From an uncultured Opitutales bacterium (lineage in GTDB: Bacteria; Verrucomicrobiota; Verrucomicrobiia; Opitutales; Intestinicryptomonadaceae), in the NCBI GenBank assembly GCA_934613415.1, contig CAKTSY010000006.1, positions 90,001 through 122,000 on the forward strand: a stretch of DNA of 32,000 nucleotides. Direction: 5' to 3'. The notes under the pieces were generated by a model, which saw only the letters and a program-made list of their open reading frames with translations, was not told the origin of the DNA and did not search any database. The position numbers and the translations under genes are program-made. Shown piece by piece: positions 1-7,024 of the stretch (the first letter of the stretch is position 1; each line of letters starts with the position of its first letter).

Positions 1-421
1 TTATCGAGGATATATGCACAATAGAGCCTAAAACTTTGTTTAAAATCATGTTCCTTACGGCGTATTTTACAAGCAGCATAGGCGTAAAGACATTAACGGC
101 AAATATATCGCTTGTACGCGAAATATCCAAATTCGAAACAATGTCGTCGTAGGCAATGGCGGCGTTGCTTACAAAGCCGCTTAGGGTAATTTTATGCGAA
201 ATAAAGTCGTCGGCAAACAGTGCGTTTTTTGCCGAAACTGCGTCGCTTAAATCTGCCGCCTTATAGAACAAACGCTCCGGAAATGTTTTCAATAAACTTT
301 CAAACTCTTGGCTTTTTGTGCGGCTTGTTGCATAAATGCAATATTGCCCGCTTTCGAGCAATGTTTTGCAAATTTGCAATCCCAGCCCTCTAGAAGCTCC
401 AGTTAACAATACGTTTTTCAT
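1..421 (-). CDS. short-chain dehydrogenase/reductase (SDR); N-terminal part only, 3' end beyond window
   Basis: My own translation of the minus strand from the ATG at 421-419 gives MKNVLLTGASRGLGLQICKTLL...SNAAIAY...VHISSI. It shows the TGxxxGxG Rossmann motif and an NAA block of classical SDRs. Its start overlaps the upstream ligase stop as ATGA (418-421). It is absent from the ORF track because it is open at the window edge. Confidence 0.8.
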   Translation of the reverse strand, partial: MKNVLLTGASRGLGLQICKTLLESGQYCIYATSRTKSQEFESLLKTFPERLFYKAADLSDAVSAKNALFADDFISHKITLSGFVSNAAIAYDDIVSNLDISRTSDIFAVNVFTPMLLVKYAVRNMILNKVLGSIVHISSI

Positions 422-1641
422 CTTTTCAACTTTCCCGTTGCGGTTTGTTTTAAGCTTTCAACAAAAGTTATCTTGCGCGGAATTTTAAACGGCTGCAGTT
501 TTTCCGTCAAAAAATTCCTTATTTGCGGAATTTCCAATTCGGCGTTTTTTGCAAGTTTTATGTCGGCACACAAAATGTTGCCAATAACCGAATTTTTTTG
601 CCCGTAAACTGCTACGTCGGCAACCTGCGGCATTTGGCGCAAAGCGTCTTCAACCTCTTCTATATTTACCTTGTAGCCCCCCGTATTTACAAGGCTGCAT
701 TGGCGGGCGACGAATCTGAATTTTGTTTTTTCGGGGTCTACAAACTCAACCAAATCGCCCGTTTTATACCATTCGCCAAAATCGGGCAATAAATCAGAAA
801 CACCCATCAGGCTTTTATGCACATACAAGTTGTTGTTTTGCACTTTTATTTTGTCGGCCAAAGAATTTGGTATCGAAAAATATTCGCCGCTGCAAACCAG
901 CAAAGTTCCGAATTCGGTTGCGGCATATATGTTGTTTATTTTTGCGCAGGGGAATTGTTTTGCCAATTTTGCATACAAAACATTGTCGGACTTTTCGCCC
1001 CCGCAGGTTATGCGCAAAACGCTTTTAAAAGCCGAATCTTTGCCCAAAAGCATTCTGTAGAAAGTGGGCGTTGCCGATATGTGGGTAATTTTTTTAGAAT
1101 CTACAAGCGAAAAGATTCTTTCTGGCGTTTCGCCGAACAAAAATACAATTTCGTTTAAATTAAAAAATGCCTGCAAAAAAACCTGAAGCCCCGCAATATG
1201 GGTTGGGTTATACGCAAAACCCCAAATGTGCGCCTTGTACTTTTCCGAAACCCTCACTGCACGCGAAAGGGTTTTTACAGTGTGTATAACCTTTTTTGGC
1301 AACCCTGTTGTGCCAGATGTAAACAAGGTTATTTTAGATGGCGAATTTTTTACGCATTCAAGCAAGTCGGAAAGCGAATTTATCTTTTTTGCTTCGCAAA
1401 TAGCCTGCGTTTTTTCGGCGTTTTTTATACCAAGGGCAAAAAGCTCGCTTTGCGTTGTGTCGGAATCTACAAGGCAAATGTCGTTTCCATACGCCAAAGT
1501 GCAAACCAATTCAAAAAAGAACTGTTTTGTGTCTTTTGCCGACAACACGCATTTACAGTTTTTTGCATTGCATACAAAACAAAGCAGCTCCGAATACGAA
1601 ACCGCTTTGCCGTTGCAAAACAAAAAAGGCAGTTCGCTCAT
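418..1641 (-). CDS. AMP-dependent (ANL superfamily) adenylating ligase, compact 407-aa form
   Basis: The ORF carries the motifs FTSGTTGLPKKV (P-loop/A3), YAATE, WYKTGDLV (A7), GGYKV (A8) and TATGKLKR (A10 Lys). It has ATGA overlaps with both the ACP gene (1638-1641) and the SDR gene (418-421). Confidence 0.88.
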   Translation of the reverse strand: MSELPFLFCNGKAVSYSELLCFVCNAKNCKCVLSAKDTKQFFFELVCTLAYGNDICLVDSDTTQSELFALGIKNAEKTQAICEAKKINSLSDLLECVKNSPSKITLFTSGTTGLPKKVIHTVKTLSRAVRVSEKYKAHIWGFAYNPTHIAGLQVFLQAFFNLNEIVFLFGETPERIFSLVDSKKITHISATPTFYRMLLGKDSAFKSVLRITCGGEKSDNVLYAKLAKQFPCAKINNIYAATEFGTLLVCSGEYFSIPNSLADKIKVQNNNLYVHKSLMGVSDLLPDFGEWYKTGDLVEFVDPEKTKFRFVARQCSLVNTGGYKVNIEEVEDALRQMPQVADVAVYGQKNSVIGNILCADIKLAKNAELEIPQIRNFLTEKLQPFKIPRKITFVESLKQTATGKLKR

Positions 1642-1871
1642 TGCGGCTTTTCAAGCTTTTGGCAAAGTTCGCCGAAAGTGCGTATTGGGCCTTCGGCAAA
1701 AACGTCTACCTTAAATTCGGCCTCTATATTTACGGTTAGCTCCGCCAAATCGAAAGAGTCGAAACCGAATGTTTCGCGCAAGTCGCTTTGTTCGCAAACG
1801 TCTTTAACGGGGGCTTGCCCCTTGTTTTTCCTTATAGAGTTGGCTATTTCCAAGAGCCTTGTCTTTACCAT
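1638..1871 (-). CDS. free-standing acyl/peptidyl carrier protein
   Basis: A 77-aa acidic ORF with the phosphopantetheine attachment context FGFDSFDLAELTV (DSx motif followed by an acidic helix). It lies immediately upstream of the ligase and is translationally overlapped with it. Confidence 0.85.
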   Translation of the reverse strand: MVKTRLLEIANSIRKNKGQAPVKDVCEQSDLRETFGFDSFDLAELTVNIEAEFKVDVFAEGPIRTFGELCQKLEKPQ

Positions 1872-1878
1872 AAAAACC

Positions 1879-2544
1879 CTATTTTTTTGAGGAAGTTTCC
1901 TTTTTTGTTATTGCGTCGAACACAATTTCGGCAATTTCCCTTGCGCCCTCCGCCGAAGGGTGAATTTTGTCTTTTTGGAAAAATTCAATTTCGTCTTCCT
2001 TTAAGATTGAATATACATCTATTACGGGAAGTTTCTTTTTCTTTGCAACATCGTTTACAACAGCTCTTACCCTTGCCAAATTAACTTCCTGAATGGCGTG
2101 TTTAGACGGGAAACTGGGAGGAACCGTGCAAATATAAACGGTCGGGCGTTCGGGAAGCTTTATGTAGCTTTCAACCAAAGACGAAAAGTCTCTTTCCAAT
2201 TCCGCCAAAAACGCCATATTTTGCGGGGCGGCGTCGTTGGTGCCAAGCATAATAACCACAATGTCGGGCTTAAATTCAAGAGACGCCTTATATGCCTTTT
2301 CTTTTGTATAGCAAAGCTTTGTTTTTTTGCCAATGCTACGCCCCCTTACGCCGAAATTTTCAACCTTATATTTGTCGCCAAGCATCGTCTGCAAAACATA
2401 GGGGTAGTTTAAGGTTTCCCTGCCTTTTATGCCAAAGCCGTAGGTTATGCTATCGCCTACGCAGGCAACTTTTTTAACTTGGTCGGCAAAGCTTGTGCCA
2501 AAAAAAGTAAACAGTGCAAAAGTAAGTGCTATAAGTTTTTTCAT
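1879..2544 (-). CDS. exported SGNH/GDSL-family hydrolase (esterase/acyltransferase fold)
   Basis: Block I is VACVGDSITYG, block III is LGTNDA and block V is DKIHPS (DxxH). The signal peptide MKKLIALTFALFTFFGTSFA starts at the ATG at 2544-2542. The ORF track begins 21 nt further upstream at a TTG (2565), which I consider less likely. There is a 7-nt gap to the ACP gene. Confidence 0.85.
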   Translation of the reverse strand: MKKLIALTFALFTFFGTSFADQVKKVACVGDSITYGFGIKGRETLNYPYVLQTMLGDKYKVENFGVRGRSIGKKTKLCYTKEKAYKASLEFKPDIVVIMLGTNDAAPQNMAFLAELERDFSSLVESYIKLPERPTVYICTVPPSFPSKHAIQEVNLARVRAVVNDVAKKKKLPVIDVYSILKEDEIEFFQKDKIHPSAEGAREIAEIVFDAITKKETSSKK

Positions 2545-2569
2545 ACATTTCCGATTTTCCGCCAAAAAA

Positions 2570-2597
2570 TTGCGTTGTCGAGAAAATAAGCTATACT
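2570..2597 (+). promoter_or_regulatory. candidate sigma70-type promoter for tex
   Basis: TTGCGT (2570-2575), a 16-nt spacer, then TATACT (2592-2597), about 39 nt upstream of the tex ATG. An A6 tract lies immediately upstream. Confidence 0.4.
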
Positions 2598-2635
2598 TTG
2601 GGCTGTTTTTTATATAGCCTGCATATTTTTAAACT

Positions 2636-4894
2636 ATGAACGAACTGCATGTAATTTCCACGGCAAAAGCGTTGAACATTGCCGTCAACGCCGTAGCCGA
2701 AACCGCAAAGCTGCTTGAACAGGGAGCTACCATTCCATTTATTGCCAGATACCGCAAAGAGGCAACGGGCTCGCTAGACGAAGTTCAAATTGGCTCTATA
2801 AGAGACGAGCTTGAAAGGCTGCAGGTGCTAGACGCCCGCAAAACGGCAATAAAAGACTCTTTAAAAGAACGCAATTTGCTTACAAGCGAGTTGGAAAAAT
2901 CCATAGACGAGGCCGAAAGCATGGCAAGGGTAGAAGACATTTACCAGCCCTTTAAGCCAAAGCGCAGAACAAAGGCAATGATTGCCAAAGAAAAGGGGCT
3001 TGAACCTTTGGCGAACTATATTTTGGAAAATCAAAATGCCGAATGCGCAGAATATGCAAAGGGCTTTGTTTCGGAAGAAAAGGGAGTTGCCAACGCAGAC
3101 GAAGCCTTGCAGGGAGCAAGAGACATTTTGGCGGAAAAGATTGCCGACGACCCCGACACGCGCTCGCAAATGCGCGCCTTTTACGAAAAAGAGGCGGTAT
3201 TTTCGTCGAAAGTGCTTTCGGGCAAAGAGGAAGAGGCAGCAAAATACCGCGACTATTTCGATTTTTCGGAAAAGGCAAAAGACGTTCCCTCGCACAGAGT
3301 TTTGGCGGTGCGCCGCGGCGAAGCCGAGGGCTTTTTGATTATGAGGGTTGTGCCCGACGAAGATTCCGCCATTTCGCTGCTTAAACGCCGCTTTGTAAAC
3401 GGCAAGGGCGACTGCGCAAACCAAGTTGCCCAAGCCTGCGAAGATTCGTATAAAAGGCTTTTGGGCTCTACAAGCGAAACGTATATGCGCTTAGAGCTTA
3501 AAAAGAAGGCCGACGAAGAGGCAATTAAGGTTTTTGCAAACAATTTAAGAGAGCTTTTAATGGCTTCGCCTTTGGGGCAAAAAAACACGCTGGCCATAGA
3601 CCCCGGTTTTAGAACGGGCTGCAAGGTTGTTGTTTTAAACAGGCAGGGCGCACTTTTGCACAACAGCGTAATTTACCCCGAACAGGGCGACCACAAAAGG
3701 CAGGAAGCCCAAATGGAAATTCTTAAACTTTGCCACCAATACGCCATAGAGGCAATTGCCATAGGTAACGGCACAGCAGGCAGAGAAACCGAAGGCTTTA
3801 TACGCAGCTTGGGGCTGCCCAAAAGCATTGTAATTGTAATGGTAAACGAAAGCGGAGCTTCTATCTACTCGGCTTCGGAAGTTGCCAGAGAAGAGTTCCC
3901 CCAATACGACATTACCGTAAGGGGCGCAGTTTCGATAGGCAGAAGGCTTATGGACCCTTTGGCGGAATTGGTAAAGATAGACCCTCAATCGATAGGCGTA
4001 GGCCAATACCAGCACGATGTAAACCAGCAAAACCTTAAAAAGTCGCTAGACGACACCGTAGTTAGCTGCGTAAACAATGTGGGCGTTGAAGTAAACACAG
4101 CCTCAAAGCAGTTGCTTGCGTATGTTTCGGGGCTAAATTTGTCGACGGCGGCAAACATTGTTGCCTACCGCAACGAGTTCGGCGCGTTTAAATCGCGCAA
4201 AGACCTTTTAAAAGTAAAGGGCTTGGGGGCAAAAACCTACGAACAGGCGGCAGGCTTTTTAAGGATTAGAGACGGCACAAACCCGCTAGACGCCAGCGCA
4301 GTTCACCCCGAAAGATACGCGCTTGTAGAGCAAATGGCGCACGACATTTCGTCGAACGTTGCAGACCTTCTTAAAGACCCGTCTTTAAGGGCAAAAATAA
4401 ACCTGCAAAAATACGTTAAAGACGACGTTGGTATGCCCACTTTAAAGGATATTTTAAACGAGCTTGGCAAACCCGGGCGCGACCCGCGCGAAAAGTTTGA
4501 AGCGTTTTCTTTTATGGAAGGCGTAAACAAAATAGAAGACCTTAAAGAAGGCATGCGCCTAAACGGAATTGTTACAAATGTAACGGCGTTCGGAGCATTT
4601 GTAGACATTGGCGTACACCAAGACGGCCTAGTTCACATAAGCGAATTGTCGGACTCGTTTGTAAGCGACCCGCATACGGTTGTAAAGCCGCAGCAAAAAG
4701 TAAGCGTTTATGTGCTTGAAGTTGATATCCCCCGAAAGAGGATTTCGCTTTCAATGAAAAGCAACCCGCAAAAGAAAATAGCTTCGGCTTCGGACTTGGC
4801 AAACAAGGGGCGTCGCCCGCAAAAAAGCGGCGGCTATTCGGCGCGCAGGCCTTTCGAAGACAGAAGCTTTAACAACCCCTTTGCAAATCTCTAG
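2636..4894 (+). CDS. tex: Tex-like transcription accessory protein (S1 RNA-binding domain protein)
   Basis: A 752-aa ORF with the Tex N-terminal element IPFIARYRKEATG, a YqgF/RuvX-like block LAIDPGFRTGCKV, an HhH region and a C-terminal S1 domain (GIVTNVTAFGAFVDIGVHQDGLVHISE). Confidence 0.93.
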   Translation: MNELHVISTAKALNIAVNAVAETAKLLEQGATIPFIARYRKEATGSLDEVQIGSIRDELERLQVLDARKTAIKDSLKERNLLTSELEKSIDEAESMARVEDIYQPFKPKRRTKAMIAKEKGLEPLANYILENQNAECAEYAKGFVSEEKGVANADEALQGARDILAEKIADDPDTRSQMRAFYEKEAVFSSKVLSGKEEEAAKYRDYFDFSEKAKDVPSHRVLAVRRGEAEGFLIMRVVPDEDSAISLLKRRFVNGKGDCANQVAQACEDSYKRLLGSTSETYMRLELKKKADEEAIKVFANNLRELLMASPLGQKNTLAIDPGFRTGCKVVVLNRQGALLHNSVIYPEQGDHKRQEAQMEILKLCHQYAIEAIAIGNGTAGRETEGFIRSLGLPKSIVIVMVNESGASIYSASEVAREEFPQYDITVRGAVSIGRRLMDPLAELVKIDPQSIGVGQYQHDVNQQNLKKSLDDTVVSCVNNVGVEVNTASKQLLAYVSGLNLSTAANIVAYRNEFGAFKSRKDLLKVKGLGAKTYEQAAGFLRIRDGTNPLDASAVHPERYALVEQMAHDISSNVADLLKDPSLRAKINLQKYVKDDVGMPTLKDILNELGKPGRDPREKFEAFSFMEGVNKIEDLKEGMRLNGIVTNVTAFGAFVDIGVHQDGLVHISELSDSFVSDPHTVVKPQQKVSVYVLEVDIPRKRISLSMKSNPQKKIASASDLANKGRRPQKSGGYSARRPFEDRSFNNPFANL

Positions 4895-4921
4895 CAACAT
4901 AAATAAACTGCAAAAAGATTC

Positions 4922-4947
4922 GGGCACTATTTTGTGCCCGTTTTTTG
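4922..4947 (+). terminator. rho-independent terminator after tex
   Basis: Perfect 7-bp stem CGGGCAC (4922-4928) / GTGCCCG (4935-4941), a 6-nt loop, then TTTTTT (4942-4947). Confidence 0.8.
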
Positions 4948-5053
4948 CGCCTTAACTATCCCCTTTTTGTTGATTTTTTGTGCGTTTTTGTTGTTTCTCT
5001 TTAAAATATTGTGTTTTTTTGCCAAAAACCTTTGTTTTTCCCAAAAAATTGCG

Positions 5054-5082
5054 TTGACAGGCAAACACAACGCGCCTTCAAT
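5054..5082 (+). promoter_or_regulatory. candidate sigma70-type promoter for rhaA
   Basis: TTGACA (5054-5059), a 17-nt spacer, then TTCAAT (5077-5082). It is preceded by long T/A tracts and overlapped by the inverted repeat GCGTTG-N11-CAACGC (5051-5073). Confidence 0.45.
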
Positions 5083-5137
5083 TGCATTGTCATTTAACCG
5101 CGCAATTTAACACAAGCGCACAACCAAAATAGCCATT

Positions 5138-6391
5138 ATGAAAACAACAAAAGCTTCCGACTATCAATCGGCAAAAGAAATTTACGCCTCTTTGGGCGTA
5201 GACACCGAAAAGGCAATATCAAAGACTTTGGCAAACCCAATATCGCTACAGTGCTGGCAGGGCGACGATGTTGGCGGTTTCGAACGCGACGCATCGCTTA
5301 GCGGCGGCATTGCAGTTACCGGCAACTATATGGGCAAAGCACGCACCATAGACGAACTTAGAGCCGACGCGGAATTTGCGCTAAAGCTTATTCCCGGCAA
5401 AAACAGGTTTAGCTTGCACGCCATTTACGGCGACTTTAAAGGCAAAGCCCCCGAAAGAAACAAAATTGAACCCAAACACTTCGAATCGTGGGTAAAGTGG
5501 GCAAAAAAATTGGGCATTGGCCTAGACTTTAACCCGACTTTCTTCTCGCACCCGCTGGCTGCCGAAGGCTTTACCCTTAGCCACCCCGACAAGAAAATCA
5601 GGAATTTTTGGATTGAGCACGCAATTGCCTCGCGCAAAATCGGCGAATATATCGGCAAATCTTTAAAAGATACAACCTGCAACAACATTTGGGTTCCCGA
5701 CGGCTTAAAAGACACCCCCGCCGACAGATTGAAGTTCCGCGAAAACTTAAAAGACAGTCTCGACAAGATTTTAAGCGTAAACATTTCCAAGAAATACAAT
5801 CTCGACGCGGTAGAAAGCAAGTTGTTCGGCATAGGAAGCGAATCGTATGTGGTAGGCTCGCACGAATTCTACATGGGCTATGCCGTTAAGAACCAGATTA
5901 TGCTTTGCCTAGACAGCGGACACTTCCACCCCACCGAAACGATTTCCGACAAAATCAGCTCGGCGTTGCTGTTTGTGCCCGACGTATTGTTGCACGTTAG
6001 CCGCGGCGTTCGTTGGGACAGCGACCACGTTGTTCTCTTTAACGACGACACAAAGGCAATCTTCCAAGAAATTGTAAGATACGGCTTTGAAAAGCGCGTA
6101 CACGTTGGGCTAGACTTTTTCGACGCAAGCATAAACCGCATTGCGGCTTGGGTTGTGGGAGCAAGAAACACCAAAAAGGCAATGCTTTCGGCGTATCTGG
6201 AACCGCAGAAAATACTAAAGGAAGCCGAAAAACGCTTCGACTTTACAACTCGTTTGGCGATTTCCGAAGAGGCAAAAAGCCTTCCATTCGGTGCCGTTTG
6301 GGACGAACTTTGCCGCAGGGCGAAAGTTTCGGCCGACTGGTTCGAAAAGATTGAAGACTACGAGCAAAACGTATTGGCTGCCCGCAAATAA
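5138..6391 (+). CDS. rhaA: L-rhamnose isomerase
   Basis: The 417-aa ORF is colinear end to end with E. coli RhaA (419 aa) as I recall it. Shared blocks include CWQGDDVGGFE, FSHPLAAEGFTLSHPD, AVESKLFGIGSESY, LDSGHFHPTE, VRWDSDHVV and GLDFFDASINRIAAWV. Confidence 0.95.
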   Translation: MKTTKASDYQSAKEIYASLGVDTEKAISKTLANPISLQCWQGDDVGGFERDASLSGGIAVTGNYMGKARTIDELRADAEFALKLIPGKNRFSLHAIYGDFKGKAPERNKIEPKHFESWVKWAKKLGIGLDFNPTFFSHPLAAEGFTLSHPDKKIRNFWIEHAIASRKIGEYIGKSLKDTTCNNIWVPDGLKDTPADRLKFRENLKDSLDKILSVNISKKYNLDAVESKLFGIGSESYVVGSHEFYMGYAVKNQIMLCLDSGHFHPTETISDKISSALLFVPDVLLHVSRGVRWDSDHVVLFNDDTKAIFQEIVRYGFEKRVHVGLDFFDASINRIAAWVVGARNTKKAMLSAYLEPQKILKEAEKRFDFTTRLAISEEAKSLPFGAVWDELCRRAKVSADWFEKIEDYEQNVLAARK

Positions 6392-6409
6392 CATAAAATT
6401 TTTAAACTT

Positions 6410-6443
6410 GGCGCAAAATCCGAAAGGGCTTTGCGCCTTTTTT
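6410..6443 (+). terminator. rho-independent terminator after rhaA
   Basis: 8-bp stem GGCGCAAA (6410-6417) / TTTGCGCC (6430-6437), a 12-nt loop, then TTTTTT (6438-6443). Confidence 0.75.
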
Positions 6444-6444
6444 G

Positions 6445-6473
6445 TTGTGTTTTTTGCGGACGCCAGAATAATC
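6445..6473 (+). promoter_or_regulatory. candidate promoter for the Tsr3/DTW-like gene
   Basis: TTGTGT (6445-6450), a 17-nt spacer, then ATAATC (6468-6473). This would give a very short leader before the ATG at 6487. Confidence 0.35.
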
Positions 6474-6486
6474 TGCCCTAAAAATT

Positions 6487-6933
6487 ATGCCGCAAATTGT
6501 AGTAATACGCCACCCCAGGGAAAACCTTAAAAAGTGCTCGCTAAGAGACCTTGAAAGCCGCGAAAACTTTGCCTTTTTTAAGGCAAAAGACGGCTTTTTG
6601 TTCGATGCTACAGGCTACATTCTTCTGCAAAACAACGCCCCCGAAATTTCCGAAAAGGACAAGGGCCTTCCCATTTTATTGCTAGATTCAACTTGGGCGC
6701 TTTTGCCGAAGGTGCGAAATAAAATCTGCGGAACGCCGATATTAAGGGGGCTGCCAAGTTCCGTAAAAACGGCGTACCCAAGAGTCTCCAAAAGCGGCAA
6801 CGACCCGCAAAACGGCCTGGCTACCGTAGAAGCTTTGTTCGCCGCGCTTTCGCTTAGCGGCCAGCGCGACGAAAGCATACTGCAAAACTACATCTTTAAA
6901 GATACATTTTTGCAGTTAAATAAAGGCCTGTAG
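6487..6933 (+). CDS. small DTW/Tsr3-like (TDD superfamily) putative aminocarboxypropyl transferase
   Basis: A 148-aa ORF with the central motif LLLDSTW (D-x-T-W hallmark), an N-terminal RHPRENLKKCS element and a C-terminal GLATVEALFAAL helix. It is a single domain with no Cys-cluster N-terminal extension. Confidence 0.6.
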   Translation: MPQIVVIRHPRENLKKCSLRDLESRENFAFFKAKDGFLFDATGYILLQNNAPEISEKDKGLPILLLDSTWALLPKVRNKICGTPILRGLPSSVKTAYPRVSKSGNDPQNGLATVEALFAALSLSGQRDESILQNYIFKDTFLQLNKGL

Positions 6934-6978
6934 CGACATTTTTGAAGGCAAAAAATTAAATTTCCCGCGCTTTTTAAG

Positions 6979-7013
6979 TTGACACTTTTTTGCGCGCAAA
7001 AAAAATATATATC
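6979..7013 (+). promoter_or_regulatory. candidate atp operon promoter region with embedded palindrome
   Basis: A perfect TTGACA lies at 6979-6984. The -10 is ambiguous: AAATAT at 18-nt spacing, or TATATA at 7006-7011 at 21-nt spacing. The spacer holds the 18-bp perfect palindrome TTTTTTGCGCGCAAAAAA (6986-7003). Confidence 0.35.
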
Positions 7014-7024
7014 AATTTTGTTAT

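Noticed and set aside
6986-7005. The T6-GCGCGC-A8 palindrome considered as the terminator of the upstream Tsr3/DTW-like gene.
   Set aside because: The stem would be almost entirely A-U with a minimal loop, and on the + strand it is followed by A residues, not a U-tract. Its position between the -35 box and atpB fits a promoter or operator role better, so it is reported as a finding instead.
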